Part shown: piece after piece, positions 36,204 to 50,395 of the stretch | How the letters are laid out: every line of letters starts with the position of its first letter | Numbering within the stretch: the stretch's first letter is position 1 | Origin: Spirogloea muscicola | Taxonomy: Eukaryota | Assembly (NCBI GenBank): GCA_009602725.1 | Contig: WELB01000019.1 | Location: forward strand, 435,219-499,218 | Direction: 5' to 3' | DNA length: 64,000 nucleotides | Made by a program: the position numbers and the translations under genes | Notes under the pieces: generated by a model | The model's database searches: none | What the model saw: the letters and a program-made list of their open reading frames with translations, nothing else | What the model was told of the DNA's origin: nothing

Positions 36204-36251
36204 CCCCCCGGGATCCCGGGACCGCGGAGCGCGCCGCGGCCCCCCGCCGCC

Positions 36252-39200
36252 ATGGCCAAGAGTGAGCGCCCCCCCTCGCCCCCCGCCTCGCCGCCGCGCC
36301 CCTCTCGACGCCCCGCGCCGAGCCCGCGCCGGCCTCGCCCTGCGCAGAGAAGCCGCCGCGGCGGCCGCCATGCCCCGCCGACGACTCGGACGGCGACGGT
36401 AGCAGCACCTGCTCCACCACCGCGTCCTCGGGCTACGCCTCCGCCCCGGACGCCGACGACGCCGCCGCCGCCGACGAGCCCGCCGCCCTCGCCGACTTCC
36501 TGGACGCCCTCTACGACAAGAGGTCCGGCCGGGCCCTCCGTGTGCCTGTCGGTAGCGCTGTCCCTGCGCTGCTCCAGGGCAGGCGGGCTTCTAAACCGGC
36601 TGGCCTTTGCAGCCACCCCTCGATATAACCGGCCGCTCTGTCTGCCCTTGTCTACTGCCGGTCCCGTCCATCTTCAGTCGTTCCAGAGCAGGGCACGGGA
36701 GAACTGAAATTGGCAAACTGCTGCAAAGAAGCTGCTGCTGCTGCCTTGCAGGGCATCCACACGGGAAAGTGGCTTGCGTGGGATCATATCTGCTCTCTCC
36801 AGTCACGTCCTCACGCAATATGCTGAGACGAGGTGAGCATTCTGACGCGCGCATCTCTCGGTCTGTGGAGCGTGAGCTGGAAGACCAGCCACCCTTTGCT
36901 GGGGTGCATGTCAGAAGTTTTGATGCACAGCCGAGAGATTCTGATGCGCTGCCCGCCACATGGAGCGTGGACTGTAGCATAAACCCATGTGCAAGTGACT
37001 GCGCACCACATCTTGGGATGATGGGCTCTTGTCTTACAACACATGTCTGCTGACACAGTAGATGCCCCCTTCATCTCACAGACTCGAGACGCTGCTCCAA
37101 CTGTTCCTTACCTCCGTCAGACGAGGTGTCGGACTCGAGGTCACATTGGCAGCCCGAGCACTAGGTCAGAGGAACTGAACACCTTGTTTGACCAAAGGCC
37201 TCTCTTGGGCTGAACTCTTTAGCTAAACGGGCTGTCAGCAAACACTAAATCCAGAACCCTGTCCCTCACAGAACCCTGTCCCTCACCCCTTCAAGCGACC
37301 AAAGCCGAGCTACTGACTGCAACACATGAGATGCCTGTGGTCCTTGAGTGAGAGTCTGCTCAGCTTTGTGAAATACATGCTAATGGTTCCTCACGGTACC
37401 TTCATGTCTGGCATGCTGGTGGACTTGTATAGGCTTGTTGGCTGTCACCCTAGGAGCTGGAGATCCTGCTGATCGTGTCTGTGCTGAGGCAACACCTCTA
37501 CTGCATAAGATTGCGAAGCAGGCCTTGCCTGTAGGTGATAAAACAGCGGTGAGCACATTGTCCACCTGTTGGGCTCTCTTTGCAGGGTGACTAGTTGCTG
37601 CCAGCATGTTCTTAACGAACCATGATAGGCTTTTGTGACTTCCGGCTGCTTTTGTACACTTGAATGCCAAATCATGAGAGTGTCTCATGTGCTTCACCAT
37701 AGCATCGAGCACGAGTTGCATCTCATCCTTGTGCAGGCACTGGACGCCATTGCGTTACTCAATTTTGTCAGCAGCAGGGAGCAGTCAGAGTTGGATGAGA
37801 GCATGGGTCTCATGTGGCAGATTGGAGGTGGCCCAGAATCTGACCAGGTATGCTTGCATTATGACTTCTTGATTGCAACTCCGACTTTTGCCACAGGTTG
37901 TGGTATGCCAAAAGATGAACAGGCACTAGGCTCTGGTGTTTCGACCATGAGGCTCTGGGCTCAGCACGCTTCCTCTCAGATGCTTGGGTCAAGTCATGCG
38001 GCTCCGGAAGTCAGAACGGCGGCGCTATCTGGCTGGACTCTGCTACTCTCAACATCATCGCCAGCAGAGATCACATCCCAAGCTCGCAGGTGAGCAAACA
38101 CGCTTGACCATGCTTGACCACACCCAGTATGGTTTCTGTGTTTCTTGCAGACATGGTCTATCAAGTTGAGGGACTATACCAGTCCATGCAGCACTATGCA
38201 GCTTGCCCTGCACGGGTCAGCACTCTGCAGTCATCAGGTGCAAGTCATCAATCTGACTGCAGCCACGAGTGTTTGCAGTGCTCTTCCTTCGCTCTCAAGC
38301 TTGCTGGCAGACAACGATTTGGCAATGAGGATCGCAGCTGGAGAAGCCATTGCTCTCTTGTACGAGGCAGGTGGACGTGATGGCGGTGAAGAGAGCTCAG
38401 AGAGCACCTCCCAGGCTGGTGCATTGTCTGTAGAGGCCCTGGATGACAAGCAAGCAGAGGTGCTGGAACGGATGAGGGACCTCTCGGTAGAGGGGAACAA
38501 AAGGCTGTCGAAGAAGACTCGCAAGGAGCAGCATGGCAGCTTCCGCGATCTTGTCTCGTTGATAAAGGTGTTGCCATCAGCAGCCTCGAGTGGAGTAGCT
38601 GTCACTGCCTGCCTGACCATCACTCATCGGCGACTATCGCTATTTTGCAAGCCAGTAACGTCCGAGCGTCTCATCTGCCCTGCTGTTCAGGATGGCACAA
38701 TCACAGAGACATCTGTCAGGCTGAAGAATGGTGACAGCCTGACACTGAGTACATGGAGGGAGATCATTCAGGTGCTGCCTCCGCTGGCACTGACAACCGA
38801 AGCTCCAGCATGGCTGGACAGTACCTATCGAGATGTCAGACCCGAGTAGCCTGCGATTCTACCATCTTTCATGCGCGATCCTCTCCCCTGACCACCTTGC
38901 TCCTAGCAGCGTGACTGCTACCGGAAGGAGCTGTTTCCATTGTCTTCCTCTGATGGTCACTTGCACTGTCTCATGTCCGCAGCTGAATGCCCTCCGGCGG
39001 TACCTGGCAGAGGGCTTCCAGAAGCACTTGCAGGTAATGACTGCATTGGAGTGTGGAGTACAGACCTCAGGTCGGGCTTCAGATTAGGGGTCCGGGCAAG
39101 CCTCATGCATACCAGAGGACACAACATGATGCTACCTCTGCTGGCTTGACGACACTGGCAGAGGGAGCGAGCTTTTGCCCTTGTTCAGTCCGTCGAGTGA

Positions 39201-39500
39201 ACGGGCCGGCCTTTGCCTTGGTTGCAGGAGAACGAGCTCCTGCATCAGATCTTCGGTTTCGCCCCTCGTGCGAGCAAGCCTGCTGGCTTCCAGTCACTGG
39301 CCGAGAAGGTGAGGTGGTGGTCGCGTCTGCCAGCTTGCCGTGACCGGCCGTAGCTCCGGATGGCCCGATCGCTTGCTGCGCAGGCCAGGCACCTGAAAAT
39401 CGTGCATCTCTGCGGGTGGCAGAGGATGTACAGATCCCCAAACTCGCTGGCGTCGAAGGCCCGCACTCGGACCCGCAAGCAACAGCGAGCCCTTTCGGAG
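36252..39500 (+). CDS. Interferon-related developmental regulator (IFRD) family protein, multi-exon; last exon probably in the gap
   Basis: DFLDALYDKR, ALGLLAVTLG, AALSGWTLLLS, RIAAGEAIALLYE, KKTRKEQHGSFRDL, LNALRRYLAEGFQKHLQENELLHQIF and KARTRTRKQQR. Confidence 0.9.
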
Positions 39501-39979
39501 GTACTCACCGCCAGGCCAGGCCATGGCCGCCCCAGAGCCGCCGAGTGTCCTGTGGGGAGCGAGGCTTGGACCGCTCCGCCTCCGGGGTCGGCTCTGCCCA
39601 GGTGGCACAGCCTCGCGCATGGCGGGGGGGTCGGCGCAGGCGGTGGAGCCGTGGGCGAGGTGTGGCGGGAAGGGAGGGGGAGAGCTGACGCCCCGTGGGG
39701 GAGGGGGGNNNNNNNNNNNNNNNNNNNNNNNNNNNNNNNNNNNNNNNNNNNNNNNNNNNNNNNNNNNNNNNNNNNNNNNNNNNNNNNNNNNNNNNNNNNN
39801 NNNNNNNNNNNNNNNNNNNNNNNNNNNNNNNNNNNNNNNNNNNNNNNNNNNNNNNNNNNNNNNNNNNNNNNNNNNNNNNNNNNNNNNNNNNNNNNNNNNN
39901 NNNNNNNNNNNNNNNNNNNNNNNNNNNNNNNNNNNNNNNNNNNNNNNNNNNNNNNNNNNNNNNNNNNNNNNNNNNNNNN

Positions 39980-41032
39980 CGCCCAGCGCCCTCCACCGTG
40001 GAGCCCCGCCGCGGCCGCGCCTCCCCGCCCGTCGCCCTGCGCCCTGGCCGGCCTCGCCGTCCTCGCTCGCGCCTCCGCGCACCTGCCCCGGACCCCCACT
40101 CCTTCCGCCACGCCCCTCGTGTCAGAGGGCGCCTCCGCCCATGCGGAGCTGCCTGGCGGCGCCCTGCCTGCGCCCGCGCGAGGCCACCGCCGCCGGAGGC
40201 GGGCAGGGAGGACCGCCATCTCGGCACACCACGGCGCTGCGCCGGGGCGCGCGGAGCTGGACAAGCTGCCGTCGCTCTACAGCAAGTACGACTGCATCCC
40301 ACGATCGGAGCCTCTGCCGCTGAGTTGCTCCAGGCTTAGCCGGTCGCGTCGACCGACCCGGGAAAGCACTTCAAGTTCTTCTTGAGCTGGAAGAAGGCTC
40401 TTGCATGAGCAAGCCGTTAGTGCAAGCATGAGCACCCTGCTCCTGGCGCGTCGTCTCAACCACCCCCCTTCACTGCCCTGAGCTTCCTGTCATCTGTCAA
40501 TACGAGGGGGACCGCATGCTGTGCTGCCTGTGGCTATGTGCAGCCTGTTGCCCTTTGTATCTCCGTGTTGCTGTTGCGACCCCTTGACGTGGTTGTTGCC
40601 ATGCTGACATTTAGCAGCATGCCTGTGTCCGTGAGCATCGGTGAGGTTGCCAAGTGCTCGGGTCATACCTCGTCAGCACATGACGCACTGGCGTTTGCTG
40701 CCGCCAGACAGGATTACACTGTCCTGCGGCAGGGCTTGTGGGTCCAGCTGAGGTTTAGTTTCATATTGGTGATGTCATTCGGATTTGAGCTTTTGTGATA
40801 CATCAGCATGTCATGTACTGGCTTCGCGCTGCCGTCAGTCAGGAGTAGTATTGTCCTGCGTCTATGGTTGCTGTTCTCAGCTGAGAACAGCTGGCAACCT
40901 GCACCGGGCAACTGCGGTCATCGACCTCACAGGAGTACGCCAGTTGCACTACTCTCACTCGCACAACTCTCTGCTGGGAGGGTGCAGCTGCCTGACGTCA
41001 CGAATTGCAGGATTGTCCTTGACTACGGACTT

Positions 41033-41066
<34 letters not shown>

Positions 41067-44000
41067 AGAGATGTTGGGTTTCCGCAGTTGAGGGTGTGGT
41101 TCAGGGTTACAAATTGTACAAGCACAAATCATCGAGTATCAGGAGTTCCGTCCGTCTGCTATGCAGGTCATCGTGGTGGCCACGCTTCATTGAGAAGGAG
41201 CAGCTGCGCAGGTTCCTCGTTAACGGCACATCCTCTTCTAGCACGCCTGCTCAGCCGGAGCCGCTCCGGAGTGATTTGCAGCCAGCTCCACCAGAACGTG
41301 GTTTGTCTTCTGCACAACATGCTCTTATCCCAGTGCTCAATTCCTTCCTGTAGCCAGCACTTACTTACTGTGACCTTTCGGTGAAGCGCAGAAGAAGAGG
41401 AGTATGAGCATCTTGAAAATGTGGCCTCATATTTTTTATTGGTTTGAGGGCTTCATTCCACAGACAGCGTAGTCAGTCATTACCACGTTGTCAGGGGTTC
41501 GTTAGACTGCCATCATGTCAGGGATGCCTGTAGTGGTATGTTGTTGTGTTTTGGGTGTCTGATGAACCTGGATCTCGGCCTCACCATGCTCATGGGTAGT
41601 GAAGTTCCACGCATGTCCAGACACAGGTATAGCCAGTGAGAAGGATTGGGGCATCAGCTTGAAGAACCAGCCCTTAAGTGAGTCAGGCATCAACGAGGAT
41701 GGGAGCACCTGGTACCGCGAGAGTGGTGAGGACTTTGGTGAGAATGGTTACAGATGCAGGTGGACGGTTATGGGAGGCCGAAATGCAGACGGCTCTATCG
41801 AGTGGAAAGAAACGGTGAATACAGCACTAGCTGCCATGAGCCGGCATGTATAAGTGGAAAACAAACGATGGATGTAGCACTAGCTGCCAGCCTGCATGAA
41901 TCACAGGCAGACAAGTCAGCCTGTCAAGGGGAGCTGCACAAGCTGCTCTCAAGATTTGGGCAGTTGTTAGGCAGTTCACTGCAATTGTGGATGGTACAGA
42001 GCGTGTGTTTTGTGAGATGGCAGGTTCCTTGAAAGATCATAGGAAGGATCTGATGATTTGATGATGTGTGGTGCATGTCTTCCGGCTTAGTGGTGGGAGA
42101 AGAGCGACTGGACTTCGTACAAAGAATTGGGTATGGGGTTTTGTAGGTCCGATGTCATGAATCTTTCATTCAGCCTGGCTTGTGACGAGCACTCATTCTG
42201 CTGGTGTTGCATCTAGCTCTGCGCAGCCTGTATTTGTTGACCCTGGGTGCTGAATGTGTCCTCATCTTAGGAGCCGAGAAATCTGGAAGAAAAGGGCAGG
42301 ATGATAGCTGGTGGGAGACATGGCAAGAGACCTACAGACAGGATGAGTGGAGGTCCACCACTTGCTACTTGCCTCGCCTCTCTTTTCTTGATTTGGGCCT
42401 TCTGTCCGCCGCTCACTTCTTCCTATGCTCTTGTGTAGCCTTCAAATGACATTTTCTCAGAAGGCTGGTATCATGGTACACATGTAAATGATGCCTGTGA
42501 GGTTGCTAAGAGTACGAGATATGTTGTGTACTCAAGCTGTCGTATGACTACTGTAGGAGCGCAGGGGCTTGGTACAATATACTCGCACCTTGCCTGTCTC
42601 TAGCTGTCAGCCCTGGCTGACAAGATGTCTCTGATAGCTTGCTTTCTGACTTTTGCTTGTCTGCATGTCTGAAACACGAGCCAGTGGTCTGGCTCGTATT
42701 GAGAAGAGTGCTCATAAGCAAGCAAAGTCGCGGTTGAATGGCGTATGGAATGAGAAGTGGTGAGCTTGCTTGGGCATCCCCAGGGTTTGGTTGCTGGTTG
42801 CACGCGTGTCTTGTCCAGCTCAAGTAGCAACCAGATATCACATGTTCTTGGTGGTGAGCAAGTCCATGGTTTTCTTGCTCCTTCCCAGGTGGGAGAAGTA
42901 CAACGCTAAGCAGTGGACGGAAAAGGGCGCTCACAAGTATGGGCGCCTTAATGACCAGTCTTGGTGGGAGAAGTGGGGTGAACAGTATGATGGGCGAGGA
43001 GCAGTCGTCAAGTGGTGAGATTTCTGCTGCACTGTGGTTATCACTGAGGCACACTGTGCATAGTTGATCAGGTCATACATCATGCCAACAACATCAACAT
43101 ATGTTCATGGTAGCTGTTGGACGCAATAGGAGGAACAAGTACTGGAGAGTATTACGCTACTTGCACGTAGTTCTCATAGGCTTGGGGCAAATGAGACTCC
43201 AGCAGTGTGAGGCTGAAAGTAAGGGCTCAGATTCTTGGTGTGTAGCAATGATGAGATCTGGGCATTCAAATCATCTCTGATGACATGTGTTGGCTCATTG
43301 TGCAGGACGGATAAGTGGGCTGAAAATGATGCGGGTGCAAAGTGGGGGGACAAATGGGAGGAGAGGTTCAACAATGGTGTCGGTACTCGCCAAGGCGAGA
43401 CTTGGCACGTCAGCCCAAGCGGTGCAAGTAAGCTCATCCTGCCAATGAGCCCCTTGTACGTACATGCTGTATTTCCTAATTGGCACCTATGCCACGGTCA
43501 AGACCTTCCATTGCGATTTGTTAGTATGGTGTCAAGATTGGCGGGCTGTTCGGGAGCAAAGTGGTGCAGTGAAGTGTTCTCAGACTCGTTAACACAATAG
43601 GAGCTGTAATGCTACGTGCTGCTATGCTTGTTCGCATGTTGCCTAGCATCTGACAAGCATCACCTTGTAACTGCAGGATGGTCTCGCCCTTGGGGAGAAG
43701 AGCACTACGGCACGGGGTGAGTTCGATGTCACAAGTCGTCAATCAGGCATTAGTGTGCTCTTAGGTGTTGCATGTCAGTCAGTCAGACAAGGGGTAGCTT
43801 GTGAAGCCTGGTGCCTTCTGAGTCTTTGACACCGCGAAGTGCTCGTGTTCATTCTGCAGTGATGTTCACAAGTATGGGCAGAGTACCAGTGGGGAGCTCT
43901 GGGACGCTGTTGTGAAAGAACCAACATTTTATGAGTGTGTTGCCCATCACTACCTCCCACAGTGACTAACTCAAGAATAGGTTCCTCATATGTTGTACTT

Positions 44001-44299
44001 GGTTACTAGTACGAGTAGCGAGGACTTAGAGTAGCGAGGACTTACCTACATGTAGCTGCATACAATGTTTCTTTGTCTTTATTGCTGACTTGTGATCACG
44101 GTAGGCCTGCAAGATTGCCTAACGAAACTCATTGAGCGATTGGATGTATGGTGGCAGGGCTGCCCCTCATTATGGTTGGCAAGAGGCAGTCAACAACTCT
44201 TCACAGCTTCTCGCAATTGAGATTCGTGACAAGCCTCCCTCCATCTCGTCATCGTCTATGAATGGTCCTCCTCCAAGCTCAAGAAGCAAAGAAACATGA
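39980..44299 (+). CDS. ESV1: EARLY STARVATION 1 starch-granule protein (Trp-rich), multi-exon; 5' end in a gap
   Basis: NEDGSTWYRESGEDFGENGYRCRWTVMGG, WWEKSDWTSYKELG, WTEKGAHKYGRLNDQSWWEKWGEQYDGRG, KWGDKWEERF..GTRQGETWHVSP and PHYGWQEAVNNSSQLLAI. Confidence 0.9.
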
Positions 44300-45170
44300 C
44301 CCTGTTTCTTCCACCTGGATATACTTTCTGTCACTTTCTTCTTGGATTGCAGCTCTCTTAGGAACAGCTCTCTGTGCGTTGTGCAGTAAGCAGTTAGTGA
44401 AATGTGTCCTGATTAGGCTACTTGCCACCACAATTTGAGCTACTTTATTGGCTTGCGGATATTCATTTGCACTCAGAATGCTCTGCTCTGAAGTATGTGA
44501 AAGAGGAGCGTGAGTGTAGGCAATAGATCTTGCTCACGTTCTATGAGCACATTATTTGAGCAACTCTCCTCCACATGGTGCTCTGTGCATCCAGGAGATT
44601 GCACATTGTACTGTATCAGTGCTCAAGCCACTGTGACTTAGGAGCAAGTCATTGATGGGGCATTTAGTCATTCTTCTGAGAATCATAGGGTTTTGGAGCA
44701 AGCCATGAAGTACTTTTCGAGTCTCACATTAGCTTCGCCTGCTTTGTGCCTTACATCTTCAAATTGAAGCAGCTGTATCCAAGAAAAGGCTAAGGCGGGC
44801 TAGGCAGGCAAGCGCATGAGCAGCTTGTGTGACCAAGCCCACATGCCCACATTCCTATGGATGGTCCCAGCACCTGCCAAACATTCCTCCTGTGGCTTCA
44901 CCTCGAATACTTTTGCTAAGTTGATTGATTGATTGCCAACTTCCATTCAGGCCAGTTGACCAGGAAAAAAACAAAGGAGGGGTGCCTTACATTCAGGTGT
45001 CATCAGCATGTGCATGCCGCCTACTACAGGGCTCTGCCTGAATGTGAGGAACAAGACATTGGTGGTCATGGTTGATCTAGACCAGTAAATGCGACACCAT
45101 AGCAGAGAAGTCCGAAGTAGTCATGGAGAAGTCCAGAAACGTACATGCCACAGGCTTCTACTTTTTGGGC

Positions 45171-46885
45171 TCAGATGAGCAAGTCATAGTGGTTCTTTCC
45201 GTTGAAGAGCAGACGCACAGGTTTTCTGCCCTTCCTCTCTTTTGAAGCTTTCGTGAACTCTGTTCCATATTCAACGATAGGTATGAAACCAGTCCCCCAA
45301 GTCCTGGATCCTTGCTTAGCCTGCTTCCATGGACGCGTGGGAAGGGAAGGTCAGCTGCAGTGCCTGCAAATCTCAGAATCTTTGTGACAATGCAAGCAGC
45401 GGACATTGTGAATAAATGCCCAACGGTTGACTGCAGCAAACATTGCTTTAACACATTAACATATTGTGCAGATTACATTGCACGCTTGCACCCTTGCCAT
45501 TGTTTGGGTCCAAAAGAATACTCACGGCAGCTTCAGGGATGTAAACCGTGATGGGCTGTGCGCACATTCGTGACAGGACCTGGACACACACAAGGACAGC
45601 ATGAAGGTCAGGAATATCTACATTGCCTCTCTCAGCATCTCATTAGCAATAATGCATAGAGTCATGGTTGAGAAGTTGGCAGGAAACTTCATCGAGTATG
45701 CCTTAGCGAAGTCCAAAAACAGGAGACCTAATCAGGAAGCCAAATACAGTCTCATACCAGCAGTTCAGCCTCGCCCCCCCAAAAACTTGGACTTGTGATC
45801 CTAGAGCAGTACCTGGCGGACCTCATGGCACGCCAATCCGAACCATGTCACACTGTAAGTACATGGCAGTCTACAGCTGCCAGACTTACTACACATGTGT
45901 CCCCTTGCATTGCCTGCAACAACTAGCTGACCACACTGAAGCCGTTCAACACCTCACGTCTGATGCAGAGAATCCGAGTGGGAGCACGTACCGACTGATG
46001 GACTCGTCGACAGAGATTGAGATGAGCGCCTCCTCATACTGGGTCCGCCGGGTACTGGATCGGCACACCGCGTCCGCGACCGCCAGCCTCAACTGGTCTG
46101 TCACCTCAGAAGCCCAGCTGGCAGCTTGCTCAGCTCCTCCCGAGCTGGGCCCCTCGGCGCAGCCTCAGCGAGGCGCGCCCTGACCCATTCTCAGGCAGGC
46201 CATGCCCTCCGCTCACAGCAGACCGGGACTGGGCTGCCGCCGCACCTGCCTCCTCCTCCTCCTCCTTGCTGCCCAGCTCGATGCCACGGTTGGACGCCAT
46301 CCCCAGAACCTGCACGCCCGCGTCCCGGCTCAATCAGGCCCCTCCTGCCCTGGAAGCTGCTGTGGCTGCAGCTGCACGCCTCTGAGCTCAGCCAGCCCAG
46401 GCACCGAGGGGACGTGCGCTCGACTCTGCTGGACAGACTGTGCGCTCAACAAGAGGCCTCGAAGGAGGAGCGAGGACGCTTGCGCTGGCCCTGCGGCGCA
46501 GATCGGTGCAGTGGGGGTGGTGGGGCTGGAGAGGAGCACCAGGGCGCGGAACATGCAGCGGCCGTCGCCGGAAACTCGCTGGACGGCATAGTGCTCCACC
46601 TTCTTGATCGCCTGCCTGCACGGCGGCCAGCGGGGCTCGCAGAGAGGACGGGTGGGCGGCGGTGAGCCTCGCCGCGGACGGTCCCTGGCCCTCGAGGCCC
46701 TCTGGGCGTGGGACGCAGAGCCCAGCTGGCTGCAAGGAAGCTGCGGGCGGCGGTCACGCACTTGCCGATGCGCACGGGCGCGACGCGCGCGAAGAAGAGC
46801 GCGTCCCGGCGTCGGGCCGCGCTGAGGGCGGCGAGCGGCGGCGGCGCCGGCGGGGCGAGCTCGAAGGCGGCAGACCCGTCGGCGA
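45171..46885 (-). CDS. OTU3: OTU-domain deubiquitinase (plant OTU3-like), multi-exon; 5' end in a gap
   Basis: YAVQRVSGDGRCMFRAL, DQLRLAVADAVC, FWGGEAELL and GFIPIVEYGTEF...VRLLFNGKNHYDLLI*. Confidence 0.88.
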
Positions 46886-47333
46886 NNNNNNNNNNNNNNN
46901 NNNNNNNNNNNNNNNNNNNNNNNNNNNNNNNNNNNNNNNNNNNNNNNNNNNNNNNNNNNNNNNNNNNNNNNNNNNNNNNNNNNNNNNNNNNNNNNNNNNN
47001 NNNNNNNNNNNNNNNNNNNNNNNNNNNNNNNNNNNNNNNNNNNNNNNNNNNNNNNNNNNNNNNNNNNNNNNNNNNNNNNNNNNNNNNNNNNNNNNNNNNN
47101 NNNNNNNNNNNNNNNNNNNNNNNNNNNNNNNNNNNNNNNNNNNNNNNNNNNNNNNNNNNNNNNNNNNNNNNNNNNNNNNNNNNNNNNNNNNNNNNNNNNN
47201 NNNNNNNNNNNNNNNNNNNNNNNNNNNNNNNNNNNNNNNNNNNNNNNNNNNNNNNNNNNNNNNNNNNNNNNNNNNNNNNNNNNNNNNNNNNNNNNNNNNN
47301 NNNNNNNNNNNNNNNNNNNNNNNNNNNNNNNNN

Positions 47334-49552
47334 CGGCGCCGTCGCGCCCCTCGCGCCCGCCGCGGCGGCCGGGTGGAGCCAGAGGCTGCGGCGGCTGGTG
47401 CCGGACGCGCTCCTGGCCACGCTGCGCGCCCTGCAGAAGCCCGCCGTCGTCGCCCTCCTCCTCGTCGCCCTCATGACGCAGGTGCGCCACGACGACCGCG
47501 CCACCACGACCCAGCCGAGCGCCGGGCGGCCCCTGTGCTCGCCTAGCCAGCCTTCCCCCACGCAGCAGCACAGCCCCACTTGTCCGGCGTCGCCACACAC
47601 CGAACCACCGCTGCCCTTTGTTCTGACCACCAAGCGGTGCTGTGCTTGCAAGCAGACTCCCGAGGCCGCCTTGGCAGCGGGCGGCGGCAGGATGGGTGGC
47701 TCCTCCTTCTCCTCCTCGAGGTCGTCGGGCGGCGGCGGCCGCTCGTACTCAGCGCCCTCCTACTCCGGCCCCAGCCGCAGCTTCTCGTCGCCCAGCTTCT
47801 CCGCTCCCTACTACGCTCCGTCGCCCTTTGCTCCCGCCCCGTTCTACGGAGGCTACGGTGCACCGTACGCCGTGGGCCCCTCCGTCGCCGTCGGTACGTG
47901 CCCGCCCTCCTTGCGGGACTGTGAGCTTCTCTGCACTGCTTCTGACTGCAGTGACCTCTGGCTCAATCGAGAAGGTCTCCACGCCCCGTGCTGTGTGCTG
48001 CTCGACAGAACTAACAGTTGAGCTTCCTTTGTGTTGCAGGAGGCGGCGGAGGCATTTTCAACTTCGTCTTCTTCTCTGTGGCCGCCCTGTTCCTGTTCCA
48101 GTTTGTGAACAGCTTCATCTCAGACCGCTCTCAGGGCTCCACTCTGCTCGGTTCTGCCACCAAGGTCAGTGTCGCCCGCGTCCAGGTCGGCCTTCTGGGC
48201 TTGGCACGGAACCTGCAACAGGACTTGGACCGCATTGCAGACAGGGCAGACACCTCTTCAAAAAAGGGCCTCCATTACATCTTGACAGGTGAGACAGTGG
48301 GTTGAAGAGTGGTGCATGCTGCCTCAGGCCACGAGCAGATCCAACTATTTCCAGATTGAAGAGCATGAGCTGCCACTTGAGGTTGCCGCTTGAAGCTATT
48401 GCTGTTTCAATGGAGCCATCACTACATAATAGTGATTTTGCATGTACCCCATCTCCTCATTTTGGCCCTTGCAGAGACAATCATGGCATTGCTGAGGAAC
48501 CCCGACTACTGCGTCTATGGATATTCTGCAGTATGCCCTCGCTCTCGCTGTGACTGCCTTACCCGCTTCATACTGTAATACATCTTTCAACGTGCACTGC
48601 AGCCTTGAGTTTTATGTTGTGTCCTCCTGTTGAGCTTAAAGGTAGTCTGATGATGCACTTGCAGACTGATGTGAAGCGAGACATTGATGAGGCTGAGCGG
48701 AGATTCAACCAAGTGTCTATGGAAGAGCGCAGCAAATTCGAGTCAGAGACACTTGTGAATGTGAACAGTAACAGGAGAAGAATGCAAAGACCACCAATGG
48801 CGCAGCGATTCACGTCAGAGTACATCGTGGTAAGGCCTCTACCTTGATGACAGGCAAAGTGAGAGTAAATAGGTGTGTGTTACACGATGACTGCTACAGC
48901 AAAAATGCTGGGCTAATGATGGCCTTGGTTAGGATCAGGGTGGTAACCATTCAAGCAATACTGCTACTGCCACGCTTTGGCTGTATTTCAAATTCAGTGG
49001 GTGCTGTTGTAGTGCCCCCTTTTCAAATTATGTGCTGGCTGGAAAGACTGACTTATATATCAGCTTGATACAAGACTCATGAAGTGGTCAACGATTAATT
49101 ATGCAGGTTACTCTACTGGTGGCAATGGATGGGGACATCAAGTTGCCTACAATCAACAGCATGAGTGATCTTCGCCAGGCATTGCAAGTGTTGGCGACAG
49201 TCCCTGCTGAGGCTGTGCAGGTGTGTCAGAGGCACATATACTGCACGCAATGCAGCCTTCACGTCGTTTCCTCGAGTCCATATCCCACATATGCTCAGCG
49301 CATGTTCTTTCTTTCTCTCAGAGCAGGGCAAAGGATAAGGGTCACAGCATTTGATGCTTGGGTATTCGCCTAGCCTGCTTCATGCAGTCGGTTGTTAGGC
49401 CAAGATAGTGTGGGTATCTTGAGTTGCCTAACATCACACAACAAACTTGGTTCTTGTAGGCTGTGGAGATATTGTGGACACCTCAAGATGAAAACGACAC
49501 CTTGAGTGCTCGGGAAGTTTTGAAAGATTATCCTGCTCTCAGGGCACTGTAG
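47334..49552 (+). CDS. FLAP1: FLUCTUATING-LIGHT-ACCLIMATION PROTEIN 1 (DUF1517), multi-exon; 5' end in a gap
   Basis: AAGGGRMGGSSFS, QVGLLGLARNLQQDLDRIADRADTS, LLRNPDYCVYG, RFNQVSMEERSKFESETLVNV and AVEILWTPQDENDTLS..DYPAL. Confidence 0.9.
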
Positions 49553-50395
49553 AGCACTTGGCAGCCACTTTGAGAAATTTAGCTTCAGACTCTCTTTCAC
49601 ATCGGAAATGTATCTGGATTGTAGAGCTTTTGAAGGCTGGTAAGCCTCACATTGAAAGCAATACATTTTGAGGACGAAGGTGCACCAGTAGTCAAGATAT
49701 TTTCTTACACTCTTTGTATGATACATTTTTGTATAAAGCACGCACTCTTTGAACTTTGTGACAGTCCGAAGCTCACGCTCCTCCAAGGATGTGATGCGAG
49801 GATTGCACTCTAACTTTGTATGTTGTTAGAGTAAAGAGTGGATGGATGTCTGTGATCTCCCTGGATTAGGGAGGAGTAAGATACCACTGTCTTTAGAATG
49901 GACGTCATTTTTAAGTCAACCTCTTATAAAAGCACTGGCAAAATTTGTGCAAAGGCTTTTTTCTGTGAAGGGAAATATGTCAATTGACAGGCCAGTACAC
50001 CATCCACTAGTATGTGGAAGCCGAAGTCAACAAGGCTTGCTTTGTTGCAGCAAATAAGCAGCTGGTGGCCATGCAGTTACTCACTACCACCAGCAAAACC
50101 TCCAACGGAGTTGAGCAAGAAAGCAATCTTCTACATGAATGCTGCAGGTTGGTTAACTCTTTCTGAACATGTTACCGACTAGACCTGACTAGGCAAGGGT
50201 GCTCCAGCTACTGATTGTGTTGTGATGTGCATCAAGATGGTCGTATCAAAATGATATGAGCACTGACAAGAAGTTGCACATAACGAAGTGGCATAACAAT
50301 AATTGGTCAAAATTGCTGCAATGCTCTTACAAACAGCTCGTGAGGGTGCATCAGGTCCGGTCAGACCCTGAGCATAATGATCAGACTGCATACCC

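Noticed and set aside
37252..37286. Short perfect tandem duplications (also about 44013-44044 and 62763-62817)
   Set aside because: These are ordinary two-copy slippage duplications in introns or intergenic DNA with no further structure.
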